From Opitutales bacterium (lineage in GTDB: Bacteria > Verrucomicrobiota > Verrucomicrobiia > Opitutales > JABSRG01), in the NCBI GenBank assembly GCA_049599475.1, contig JBMYOQ010000005.1, forward strand, positions 74,883 to 138,882: a stretch of DNA of 64,000 nucleotides, given 5' to 3'. The translations under genes and the position numbers were made by a program. The notes beneath the pieces were generated by a model that saw nothing but the letters and a program-made list of their open reading frames with translations, had not been told where the DNA came from and ran no database searches. Position 1 is the first letter of the stretch. Each line of letters starts with the position of its first letter. Positions 56,546 to 64,000 of this stretch are shown here, in pieces.

Positions 56546-56661
56546 AACACGCTCCGAATCTCAAGCAAACCTAGCAGGTGGCAAACAGCCCTCAAATGCT
56601 GGTGTTCCGAAAGCGCCTCTGAGACTGACCTGAAAAATACGACTCCTACGAGAATAGCCGA

Positions 56662-57330
56662 TTACCCATTGTCTGTTCCATGACGGCTGGGCGTCCATTT
56701 CTGATACACCGGTGCTTCATGCTGAAACACATCTGGATCTTCTACAGATCTGAGGAAATCCGCTTGCTTAAGTAAGATTTGCGGGAGGGATTCGATTGAA
56801 TATGCAATCGCTTGGGCATCAGCGGGAGGTGCCTGCCAGGACTTTCGCTGAGATAGGTAGAGTAAAGAGTTGTTTGCTTTTACCGAAAGCTCCTCGGAAG
56901 TTATCGCCGATATGTTTGCTTGGTCGAAAGGCATATGGTGCCAGGTGTTGCGTTTCCAATCTGCAATAATATCGAAAGCTGTACCAGGGTTTTTAAATGC
57001 ATATGACCTCCGAGCTAGGTCCAGAGATGTGTATGTGTATAGCGGCGTGTTTCCATGAATGCCTCTCCAAGTCTTGATCGCCATTGCGGATAGTCGGATA
57101 CCGAGCATCGAGCCAGGCCCTGAGCAGTGTATATATCCTGATATATGACTCAAGTTTAGGCCTGTTTCGTGGAGACAGTCTTGAGTGTATCGAAAAATCG
57201 AAGACAAGGCCTGCTCCGTTCCCGAGGCTCGAGAAAGCCATCCGTGAGTGCCTAAGATGCCGACCTCCACCTGAGGGTGGCTAGCATCCAATACGAGCCA
57301 AGGGCCCTGATCTGTTCGCTCGTTTTGCAT
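56662..57330 (-). CDS. tsaB: tRNA threonylcarbamoyladenosine biosynthesis protein TsaB (YeaZ)-like
   Basis: LVLDAS at the N-terminus and SGPGSMLGIR (variant of GPGSFTGLR). Confidence 0.75.
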   Translation of the reverse strand: MQNERTDQGPWLVLDASHPQVEVGILGTHGWLSRASGTEQALSSIFRYTQDCLHETGLNLSHISGYIHCSGPGSMLGIRLSAMAIKTWRGIHGNTPLYTYTSLDLARRSYAFKNPGTAFDIIADWKRNTWHHMPFDQANISAITSEELSVKANNSLLYLSQRKSWQAPPADAQAIAYSIESLPQILLKQADFLRSVEDPDVFQHEAPVYQKWTPSRHGTDNG

Positions 57331-58010
57331 TACGGTTCTTCAGAGAGTTCAAAGAGTTCGAGCGCATTTCCATACAAATCTCGATTGCTCGCGTTGAATT
57401 CAAACTTTAGCCCACACTCGAGATCGTAAAGATCGAGAAGGCGTGCACTCACTGCGCGATAAGTATCTGCTTCGGGTTCCTCCAGCTCGAAAGCTACCAG
57501 TAAATGTGATGCATCGCGGGTGATTTTGGGATCCTTGGATGGAGAGAGGTAAAAGGTGCGCATTGTCGAGTGAGCCGTGCGCGCGTTAAATGTTTTTACT
57601 TCGAGATAGTAAGCACGCCCTTCCTTGACGAACGCAATATCTGGATAGCCAACGCTGCGACGTTTGCCGCTTTGGGTTTTCGGGATTTGGGCATCAAAAC
57701 CATGAGCTCGCAAATGCTTGATAAGCACCTCCTCGACTTGCAGGCCGGCCTCGTTGGCGCGTCGAGCGTTCATCTCTTCCGCTTTGAGCTCAGAAAGTGC
57801 CGCTTGAATCGCTTCCTTGAGTGGCTCGATGTCTTCGAGCGTGGGTCTCAGCACCTTGTACCCGGTGAGAGTGGGAATGAGTGCGTGGAGAGGGCTGTCC
57901 TCTGTAGACTGGAAAAAGGGCTTCAGATTCTCGATCCCGCTTTGACCATTCGCGAGGCCAAGCAACGAGAAGCTGATGGAAAGGATTGATGAGAATTTAA
58001 GGGCTCTCAC
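57330..58010 (-). CDS. PD-(D/E)XK nuclease-fold protein (restriction endonuclease-like) with predicted signal peptide
   Basis: NEAGLQVEE...GYPD-x12-EVK; GTG start at 58010 overlaps the nif3 stop (GTGA) and gives MRALKFSSILSISFSLLGLANG. Confidence 0.65.
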   Translation of the reverse strand: MRALKFSSILSISFSLLGLANGQSGIENLKPFFQSTEDSPLHALIPTLTGYKVLRPTLEDIEPLKEAIQAALSELKAEEMNARRANEAGLQVEEVLIKHLRAHGFDAQIPKTQSGKRRSVGYPDIAFVKEGRAYYLEVKTFNARTAHSTMRTFYLSPSKDPKITRDASHLLVAFELEEPEADTYRAVSARLLDLYDLECGLKFEFNASNRDLYGNALELFELSEEP

Positions 58011-58765
58011 AAGGGACAGTCTGTTTCGATAAACGTCCAAGGCACTCCGAGCTCTTCTGAAAGCTTAGAAGCGAGGGCACACACACCAAAGGTCTCTGTT
58101 GCGTAGTGACCACAAGGATACAAATTGAGTTCTTCTTCTTGAGCCTGGTTGTAGTGGTTTTGTTTGAGTTCCCCAGTGATGAGTGTATCCACTCCATTAG
58201 ACTTGAGTGATGAAATGGCGCCTGCACCGCTTCCCGTGAGAATGGCTACTTCACTGGGAGACTCAGAGCCGAACTCGATAGCGGTAAAGGTCTCAGGGAA
58301 TAGCTGTTTCAGGCGCTTCAAGGTTTCTGCAAAGGGTTCGTCTACCTTGGCAATGATACCGATATCCTTACCCTCGTAATTGAGAAAGGTGCGGCTGATT
58401 TCGAGTCCTAGATTTTTCGCGAGTAAGGCGTTGTTCCCAATTTCAGGATGGGCATCTAGGGGCAAATGTGCTCCGTAGACGGCCAGGTTGTTGTCGAAGG
58501 CGACCTTGAGCTTTTGGTAGTTGAAACCTGTGATCGGCACGGGGGGTGTCCAAAAAATACCGTGGTGAACGATTAAGAAATCGACGCCGGCCTCCACTGC
58601 TTTCTGAAAGGGAATCAGACCTCCGTCCACGGCTGCACCGATCTTCGTGATGGTGCCGTCGTTCTCAATTTGGAGGCCATTCTCTGAACCTTTAAAATCT
58701 CTGAATTCAGAACGAGACAGGGTTGTGTCGCAGAAGTTGATGGCTTGGGTCAGTGCTGTATTCAT
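58007..58765 (-). CDS. Nif3/YbgI-family dinuclear metal centre protein
   Basis: NGLQIE, VHHGIFW, HLPLDAHPEIGNN, ITGE, GHYATE. Confidence 0.93.
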   Translation of the reverse strand: MNTALTQAINFCDTTLSRSEFRDFKGSENGLQIENDGTITKIGAAVDGGLIPFQKAVEAGVDFLIVHHGIFWTPPVPITGFNYQKLKVAFDNNLAVYGAHLPLDAHPEIGNNALLAKNLGLEISRTFLNYEGKDIGIIAKVDEPFAETLKRLKQLFPETFTAIEFGSESPSEVAILTGSGAGAISSLKSNGVDTLITGELKQNHYNQAQEEELNLYPCGHYATETFGVCALASKLSEELGVPWTFIETDCPL

Positions 58766-58969
58766 GGGGCAATTAAAGACATTAACGAAACCACGAATGG
58801 GCGCGAATGAACACTCATTTTTTATCTTCGACGCCTAATTGTGTTTCGAGGCATTTTTGTCGATGCGGGAAACTCCGTTTAAACGGCTTTAAATTCGCTT
58901 AATCGTGTTCTGACGGGGTCCAAAAATTCTCTCAATACCGCGGCGCTTTCGGGCTCTTCCCGGATCCCG

Positions 58970-60295
58970 TTATTCCTCCCAAGGCTCCTTCTTGGCGCTT
59001 GCTCGGGCTTCCACGATAGCCGGGCAAAAATCGGTGTATTTATCCCGTATCCTATCGGCTAGCCGCGCCTCAATGTAATAACCATTATCCTCGATGCGCT
59101 CGGAGATGATCCCACCCTCGCGGTAAAGCTGAGAAACCAAATCATAGCGGCTGTGCGGGATCACGAGTTGCATTTCTTCGAAACCAGCGGCGATCATATC
59201 CAGCATGCGATCCTGAAGGATGTCTAGGCCCAGCTTCTCGGCAGCTGAGATAAATACAGCCTCGGGATATTTCGCCTTTAGGCCGTTGATCAGGGTGGGG
59301 TCATCGACTGCGTCGATTTTGTTGAAAGCAATGATGGTGCGCTTGTGTTGTGCTCCTAATTCGAGCAGCACCTTCTGAGTTGTCTCAAAATGCTGTTCGA
59401 AATCGGGGTTGCTGATATCGACGACGTGGACGAGGAAATCGGAAATGATAGACTCCTCGAGGGTCGCCTTAAAAGCCTCGACCAAGCGGTGAGGAAGTCG
59501 GCGCACGAATCCTACTGTGTCGGTGAGCACGATTGTTTGCCCGTTGTGCAGCTTGGCACGACGCGAAGTGGGATCCAGCGTCGCAAACAGTTTATCTTCG
59601 GCGAGGACCTCGGCACCCGTGATCGCGTTCAACAGGCTCGATTTTCCTGCATTAGTATAGCCTACGAAAGCGCCTGAAGGCACAGGTTTCTTCAAGCGTT
59701 GCTTGCGCTGGGTTTCCCGCTGTTTGACAACGCTTGTGAGCTCTTTTTTGAGCCTCGAGATGTTCTCACGTACCATCCGTTGGTCGAGCTCGAGCTGCGT
59801 CTCACCAGCGTCCCGCTGAGTTGAACCCCCGCCGCGTTGACGGCTCAAGTGCGTCCACGCTCGCTGCAGGCGAGGCAGGTTATACTCGGCTCGAGCCAAT
59901 TCTACCTGCAGCACTGCCTCACGCGTCTGCGCGCGCAGATTAAAAATGTCCAAAATGATCTCCTGACGATCGATCACCGCGATCTTCTCAGCCTGGGCTT
60001 CCCAATTGCGCTGCTGGCTCGGGGTGAGTTCGTTGTCGAAAATGATCACATCGCACTTTTTGGCTTTGGCCAGACCAATGATCTCCTCCGTCTTGCCAGT
60101 GCCCAACAAAAGCTTCGGATGGTGCTCGCGAGCCTTCACGAGTTCCTTGTGGGCAATCCCGATGCCCAGAGTCTCCACGAGCTCCTCCAGCTCGTCCAAA
60201 AGCTGCTCACCAAGTTCCATAGACTCACGCGGAAACACCGCACCGACCAGCAGCGCGCGCTCCACCATCTTAGGCTTCTCCTTGACTTCAAGCAT
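58970..60295 (-). CDS. hflX: Ribosome-splitting GTPase HflX
   Basis: ELTPSQQRN, LQVELA, GETQLELD, GYTNAGKS, LFATLDPT, DTVGF, NKID. Confidence 0.96.
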   Translation of the reverse strand: MLEVKEKPKMVERALLVGAVFPRESMELGEQLLDELEELVETLGIGIAHKELVKAREHHPKLLLGTGKTEEIIGLAKAKKCDVIIFDNELTPSQQRNWEAQAEKIAVIDRQEIILDIFNLRAQTREAVLQVELARAEYNLPRLQRAWTHLSRQRGGGSTQRDAGETQLELDQRMVRENISRLKKELTSVVKQRETQRKQRLKKPVPSGAFVGYTNAGKSSLLNAITGAEVLAEDKLFATLDPTSRRAKLHNGQTIVLTDTVGFVRRLPHRLVEAFKATLEESIISDFLVHVVDISNPDFEQHFETTQKVLLELGAQHKRTIIAFNKIDAVDDPTLINGLKAKYPEAVFISAAEKLGLDILQDRMLDMIAAGFEEMQLVIPHSRYDLVSQLYREGGIISERIEDNGYYIEARLADRIRDKYTDFCPAIVEARASAKKEPWEE

Positions 60296-60539
60296 CCGAT
60301 CATTGAACCGCGTCCACCAATCTTTTCAATGCTTGAATTTTTGGGAAAGAGTTCAGCCATCTATTTCGTCGTTCCGTGGACTTGAAATTTCGGTTCACTC
60401 CTGCGTTTCAAACTTACACTCGATTATAGGCAGCGGATGGTGTCTCGAGCGTACTGGCCTGTTGCTATGTCTTGGTTTGTCGAGTTATTGCAAGCTGTGA
60501 TGTTGCCTTGATATCGCTGGTTTTGCAAGGTGTTGCCTG

Positions 60540-62852
60540 ATGCGGTTTTTTTCTGGTTCGATAGTTATTGGGTTAGTTGTTCTTGGAGTTATATTTGGGG
60601 CTTTGGTTTGGGTCTGGAATGGGGCGTGCCGCGGGGGAACTTTAGGGGTAGATGTGGAAACGACCACTTCTGTGGAAAAGACGAAAGGCAATCTGGAGCC
60701 TCAGCCTCGCCTCGGTGAAGTTTGGAGCAAATATGAGGAAGCGTTTGCACGCCGAGGGGCTTTCGAGCGTCAGAAAACGATAGTTCTCAGCGTTGCTGAG
60801 ACGCCTCCGGCGTATTTTGATGACATCTTCGAGAGATTAAGTTTGGAAATAGATGATGAAACCCCGACGATGCAACACGCTGAGATGGCGCGAGGGCTAT
60901 TGGTTGATCGATGGGCTGTGGAGGATCCTGAAACAGCGTTTGAGTGGGTTCTAGATGCCTACAAACGGGTAGCTGCACATCGAATAGATCTCTTTTCTCG
61001 TGACGTGCAATCGGCTAGGTTTGATGTTGCGGCCCGTTTTATGAATGAATTCATAGCGCAGGATCCTACGTCTGCGTTTATCAGAATTCAGGAATTAACG
61101 CAGGCTGAGAGCACTCGGTTTGGGGCGTTTATGGCTGCGGTGATCGGGGACCCTTCTAGTGTTCAGGGAGATATATCGGAAATATATGAAGGCTTGAAAA
61201 ACGTGAACCCAGCGGTAGCCCAGCAGTTGGGTATTTGGGTCTTTAGAGAGAAATTGAATCTCGGGTTGAAGCCTGCAATTGAATTTCTTGCAGAAAATTC
61301 GGATGCAGAGTTCTACGGTTTGAATCCAATGAATCGATACGGAGAGATGGGTCATTGGGAGAAAATGAAAGCACTTGTGATAGAGTCTCCAGAGGAGACT
61401 TTAACTGTGCTTAAACAGTTGGACGATGAACAGTTGCGAACTGGCTTCGGAAGGCACATCTTGAGAATATTCGAATCTGCGAATGACCTCGAATCTGTGG
61501 AAAATTTAGCCCTCTTGTTTTTACAGCGTAGTTTCAAGAACATACACGAATACTCCGGGGTGTCGGATCCGTTTGCCCCGCCTTCCCGTTATTCACAAGG
61601 ATCGAAGGAGTTGGTCAGAGAAACAGTCAAAATTGTATCCGCTATCGATGTTGACCGGGCATTGCACTTGGCGGACTTAGTCGATGACCCCATTTTTGCT
61701 GATGATATTCGTGGAGAGGTGGCGACGTTTCTAGCAAAGACAGATCCGGAAAGAGCAATGGGGATTTGCCTTGGCTTGGATGATCAGGTGGGAAGCCGTT
61801 ATCTTGGGAGTGTCGTGAGCGAGTTTATGTTATCGTCTCCTGATAGCGCCGGTGAAATTTTGGATCAGTTTGATCCTGCTGGCTGGGCCCTCGATCAGCA
61901 GAGCACTGTTCTGAATACTCTCTGGGCGATCGATTACATGGATGCTATCGATTTCTTGAACGATACTGAATTTCATCCGGAGCTCCGTTCAACGATTGAA
62001 AGGAAATTGCATGATTTTGTCGCGGATGGAAAATTTGAAGAATATGCGAGGGTGATCGAAGCGTTACCTCCAATGAATTTGGATGATTCATTTCGTGACC
62101 AAAATTTTGCAAGAAAATGGGCACATTCAGATTTCGAAGCTGCTTTGGGCTATGTTTTGCATTTGCCCCTGGGAGAACGTCGAAGTCGACTCGTTGAGCA
62201 GCTCGTCCAGGTTCATGCGCGAAAGCCACAGAACTCTCTACCTGAATTAGCTTATGAATCTGAAGAATTCATGAAAGCATATAAAATGAATAACATGTAT
62301 TCTGATATTAAGTTGAATCCGATTAAAGCGATCGAAACTTGGGGTGAGGAAAAGGTAGTCGCTGTTTGGGCCTCTCGCGATCCAAGTGCAGCATATGAAT
62401 ACTTGGATAATATAGACGACCCAGGAATGCGCGCTGTAGTGATAGATAGATTTGCAAATTCTGGGGCATCTTCAGCAAATTTTAGTGAAATTTCCTCAAT
62501 TCTGGACACGCTTCCAAACTCTAGTGAAAAAGAGACCGCTGTTCGAAACTTAGCGGATCGGTGGGCAGCAACCAACCCGTCGATGGTTGCTGAATGGGTC
62601 GACGCTATGCCCGCCAGCGATGCAAAGGACTCTGCTATATATGCTTTGACTGAGCATTTGGTAGAGCATGACTATGAATTGGCTTTTGATTGGAGCATGG
62701 GGATTGGAAATGATGATCGGAGGGCTTGGATCTCCGAATCAATCGTGAGTAAGTTTGCGAAAGCTGACCCCTCGGGTGCTCGGGAGATGGTTGAGGCTTA
62801 TCGTATGGATTTTGAAGAGCGGAAGCAGCTTTTGGAGGCCATAGGTGAATAG
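60540..62852 (+). CDS. Membrane-anchored helical-repeat hypothetical protein
   Basis: N-terminal TM; recurring W/F-A-x-x-D/N-P-x-x-A units (WAVEDPETA, WASRDPSAA, WAATNP, FAKADPSGA). Confidence 0.7.
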   Translation: MRFFSGSIVIGLVVLGVIFGALVWVWNGACRGGTLGVDVETTTSVEKTKGNLEPQPRLGEVWSKYEEAFARRGAFERQKTIVLSVAETPPAYFDDIFERLSLEIDDETPTMQHAEMARGLLVDRWAVEDPETAFEWVLDAYKRVAAHRIDLFSRDVQSARFDVAARFMNEFIAQDPTSAFIRIQELTQAESTRFGAFMAAVIGDPSSVQGDISEIYEGLKNVNPAVAQQLGIWVFREKLNLGLKPAIEFLAENSDAEFYGLNPMNRYGEMGHWEKMKALVIESPEETLTVLKQLDDEQLRTGFGRHILRIFESANDLESVENLALLFLQRSFKNIHEYSGVSDPFAPPSRYSQGSKELVRETVKIVSAIDVDRALHLADLVDDPIFADDIRGEVATFLAKTDPERAMGICLGLDDQVGSRYLGSVVSEFMLSSPDSAGEILDQFDPAGWALDQQSTVLNTLWAIDYMDAIDFLNDTEFHPELRSTIERKLHDFVADGKFEEYARVIEALPPMNLDDSFRDQNFARKWAHSDFEAALGYVLHLPLGERRSRLVEQLVQVHARKPQNSLPELAYESEEFMKAYKMNNMYSDIKLNPIKAIETWGEEKVVAVWASRDPSAAYEYLDNIDDPGMRAVVIDRFANSGASSANFSEISSILDTLPNSSEKETAVRNLADRWAATNPSMVAEWVDAMPASDAKDSAIYALTEHLVEHDYELAFDWSMGIGNDDRRAWISESIVSKFAKADPSGAREMVEAYRMDFEERKQLLEAIGE

Positions 62853-63022
62853 CCTTATGAATTTTCGGCTCCGCATTCGGTAATTGCGATAGACCCTATC
62901 GCCATTGTTTCCGAAACATACTAAAATACGAAGCCGCGTTACTCCCCGAAGTCAAAGCACGGAAATGAACCGAAGCTATTCGGGCCAAACTGCCGCGATA
63001 ACCCTAGCAACCAATCTCGACG

Positions 63023-63260
63023 AAAGTGTCCGTATAACGGGAAAAATCCCCCAAAAACGGACAACAAAAACCTCAACCACACGCCCCAAAAACCAAAAAA
63101 GTGTCGCATAAAAGGAAAAATCCCCATTATCAGGACACCCTAAAAAGTGTCGCTTTTTGGGAATTCAATCTGATAAGTTTCACCCATGAACCCGCATCAT
63201 TACTCAAAACCCACGAAAACCCATTTCCCAAAAACGGACACAAAGTGTCTTATATAGGAC
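63023..63260. repeat. Array of AAAGTGTC and GGAC(A) boxes upstream of the cassette array
   Basis: AAAGTGTC at 63023, 63098, 63144 and 63242, each answered downstream by an inverted GGAC(A); units 1 and 2 also share GGAAAAATCCCC. Confidence 0.7.
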
Positions 63261-63268
63261 TGTTGTGC
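63242..63268 (+). other. Putative integron attI-type recombination site, crossover G|TT at 63262/63263
   Basis: GTTGTGC (63262-63268) is the exact reverse complement of the R'' box GCACAAC of the downstream attC; no attC-style arm seen upstream. Confidence 0.6.
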
Positions 63269-63948
63269 GAAAGATGAAAAATATATTCAGTCTGGGTTTA
63301 TTACTGCTCGTATGTTTGATGTCCGGTTGTATTTCTGGTTTGAGTAAGGTTTCGATGACTGATGGATATCTAGTCAGTTTCGAAGAACTTGATTCATATG
63401 ATGGTGATGGTGGTAGCCTTAGCACTGTATGGTATCTTGGTAGTGATGAAAAATACCATTATTTCAATCATCTCGCAAAGATCAGCACAAAGTATAAGGT
63501 CTATAAGGAGGAGCTTATGGTTCCGGTCGAATTCCCTGTTGGTAGTCAGAGGAGTGTTTATGTTTTATTCGAAGAGCTTGATGGAGTAAGACAGGCAGTG
63601 AGCGGTGCTCCCATTGGAGGGCCTCTGCGGTATGCTCCTTTAGATCTTGAGTAAGTAGCGCCAGGTTTAATGAAATTTCGCGGAGGCAAATAGTACCTGA
63701 TCGTTGAAAGAGAAGAGCTTAGGTTCTGAAAAGGCCCAGTGTAAGAGTTGATATTATGGGAGGATGCTAGGCTTAGATTCAGCAGAGGGTCCTCGGTTGG
63801 GATGCGTTCGTGGGGCAAGTCAAAGAGGCACAACAAGTCGGGAGAGGTGACGTCGATATCTGCCGCGTGGTTAACTGTTTTGGGCAGGGGATAAGGCGTT
63901 TGGTTGCAAGTCGCATTTTTCTTCCATCGCCGCCACCTCCCCTATACG
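63263..63948 (+). mobile_element. Integron gene cassette 1 (686 bp) carrying a lipoprotein gene
   Basis: Bounded by G|TTGTGC and G|TTCAAG; ATG 11 nt after the crossover; AT-rich ORF; ends in attC. Confidence 0.75.
63274..63654 (+). CDS. Hypothetical lipoprotein (cassette cargo)
   Basis: MKNIFSLGLLLLVCLMSGC lipoprotein signal with lipobox-like MSGC; no family recognised. Confidence 0.7.
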   Translation: MKNIFSLGLLLLVCLMSGCISGLSKVSMTDGYLVSFEELDSYDGDGGSLSTVWYLGSDEKYHYFNHLAKISTKYKVYKEELMVPVEFPVGSQRSVYVLFEELDGVRQAVSGAPIGGPLRYAPLDLE

Positions 63949-63954
63949 TTCAAG
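63828..63954 (+). other. Integron attC site (127 bp)
   Basis: R'' GCACAAC, 5-nt spacer AAGTC, arm GGG[A]GAGGTGACGTCGAT pairing with ATCGCCGCCACCTCCCC (15/17 plus one extrahelical base), 5-nt spacer TATAC, R' GTTCAAG. Confidence 0.8.
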
Positions 63955-64000
63955 TAGAGATAAATAAATTGATGGTTTGTCGGGTAGATCCAGTTGGGAG
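63949..64000 (+). mobile_element. Start of a second gene cassette (truncated by the window edge)
   Basis: Follows the attC crossover; R' tail (TTCAAG) does not match the cassette-1 R'', as expected if it belongs to the next cassette; possible ATG at 63972 open to the edge. Confidence 0.5.

Noticed and set aside
62905..63127. Small ORFs 62905-63111 (+) and 62939-63127 (-) as an integrase remnant
   Set aside because: Low-complexity translations of the A-tract repeat region with no tyrosine recombinase motifs
63023..63260. CRISPR array
   Set aside because: Repeats are short, degenerate and unevenly spaced, and there are no cas genes in the window
63558..63836. 92-aa minus-strand ORF
   Set aside because: Starts with TTG inside the attC and overlaps the lipoprotein gene in antisense

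Overview
Chromosomal window from a PVC-superphylum bacterium, most likely Verrucomicrobiota/Opitutia (inferred from the EF-Tu switch-I variant, DUF1552/DUF1592 genes, a PVC-type prepilin and a MoxR-vWA-DUF58 cluster). Left to right: the 3' end of a TonB-dependent receptor; a ureide/s-triazine nitrogen-scavenging cluster (AtzH-AtzG fusion, AtzE amidase, biuret hydrolase, NCS2-like permease, exported alpha/beta hydrolase); nadA-nadC-nadB; YwlE-like phosphatase and glyA; prepilin; DinG helicase; a nested GTAG-REP palindrome; a glycosyltransferase; a 31-aa bS22/mS38-like ribosomal peptide absent from the ORF track; a TPR-ExbB-ExbD-TonB-like operon; the core tRNA-Thr/tuf/tRNA-Trp/secE/nusG/rplKAJL/rpoBC cluster; Uup; a frameshifted cytochrome c/DUF1592 gene plus DUF1552; methyltransferase, esterases and a SET-domain protein; a nine-gene MoxR/ABC/vWA operon; hflX and a nif3-nuclease-tsaB run; and a helical-repeat protein. 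Best hunt results: (1) at the right edge, the start of an integron-type cassette array (attI-like site, a lipoprotein cassette, a 127-bp attC, the start of a second cassette) with no integrase gene upstream but a series of GTGTC/GGACAC boxes instead; (2) a restriction-enzyme-like PD-(D/E)XK protein with a signal peptide and no adjacent methylase, wedged between nif3 and tsaB; (3) a clean H-type pseudoknot in the rplJ-rplL spacer; (4) the Atz/biuret cluster with an AtzH-AtzG fusion. All calls come from reading the sequence by eye; no searches were run.
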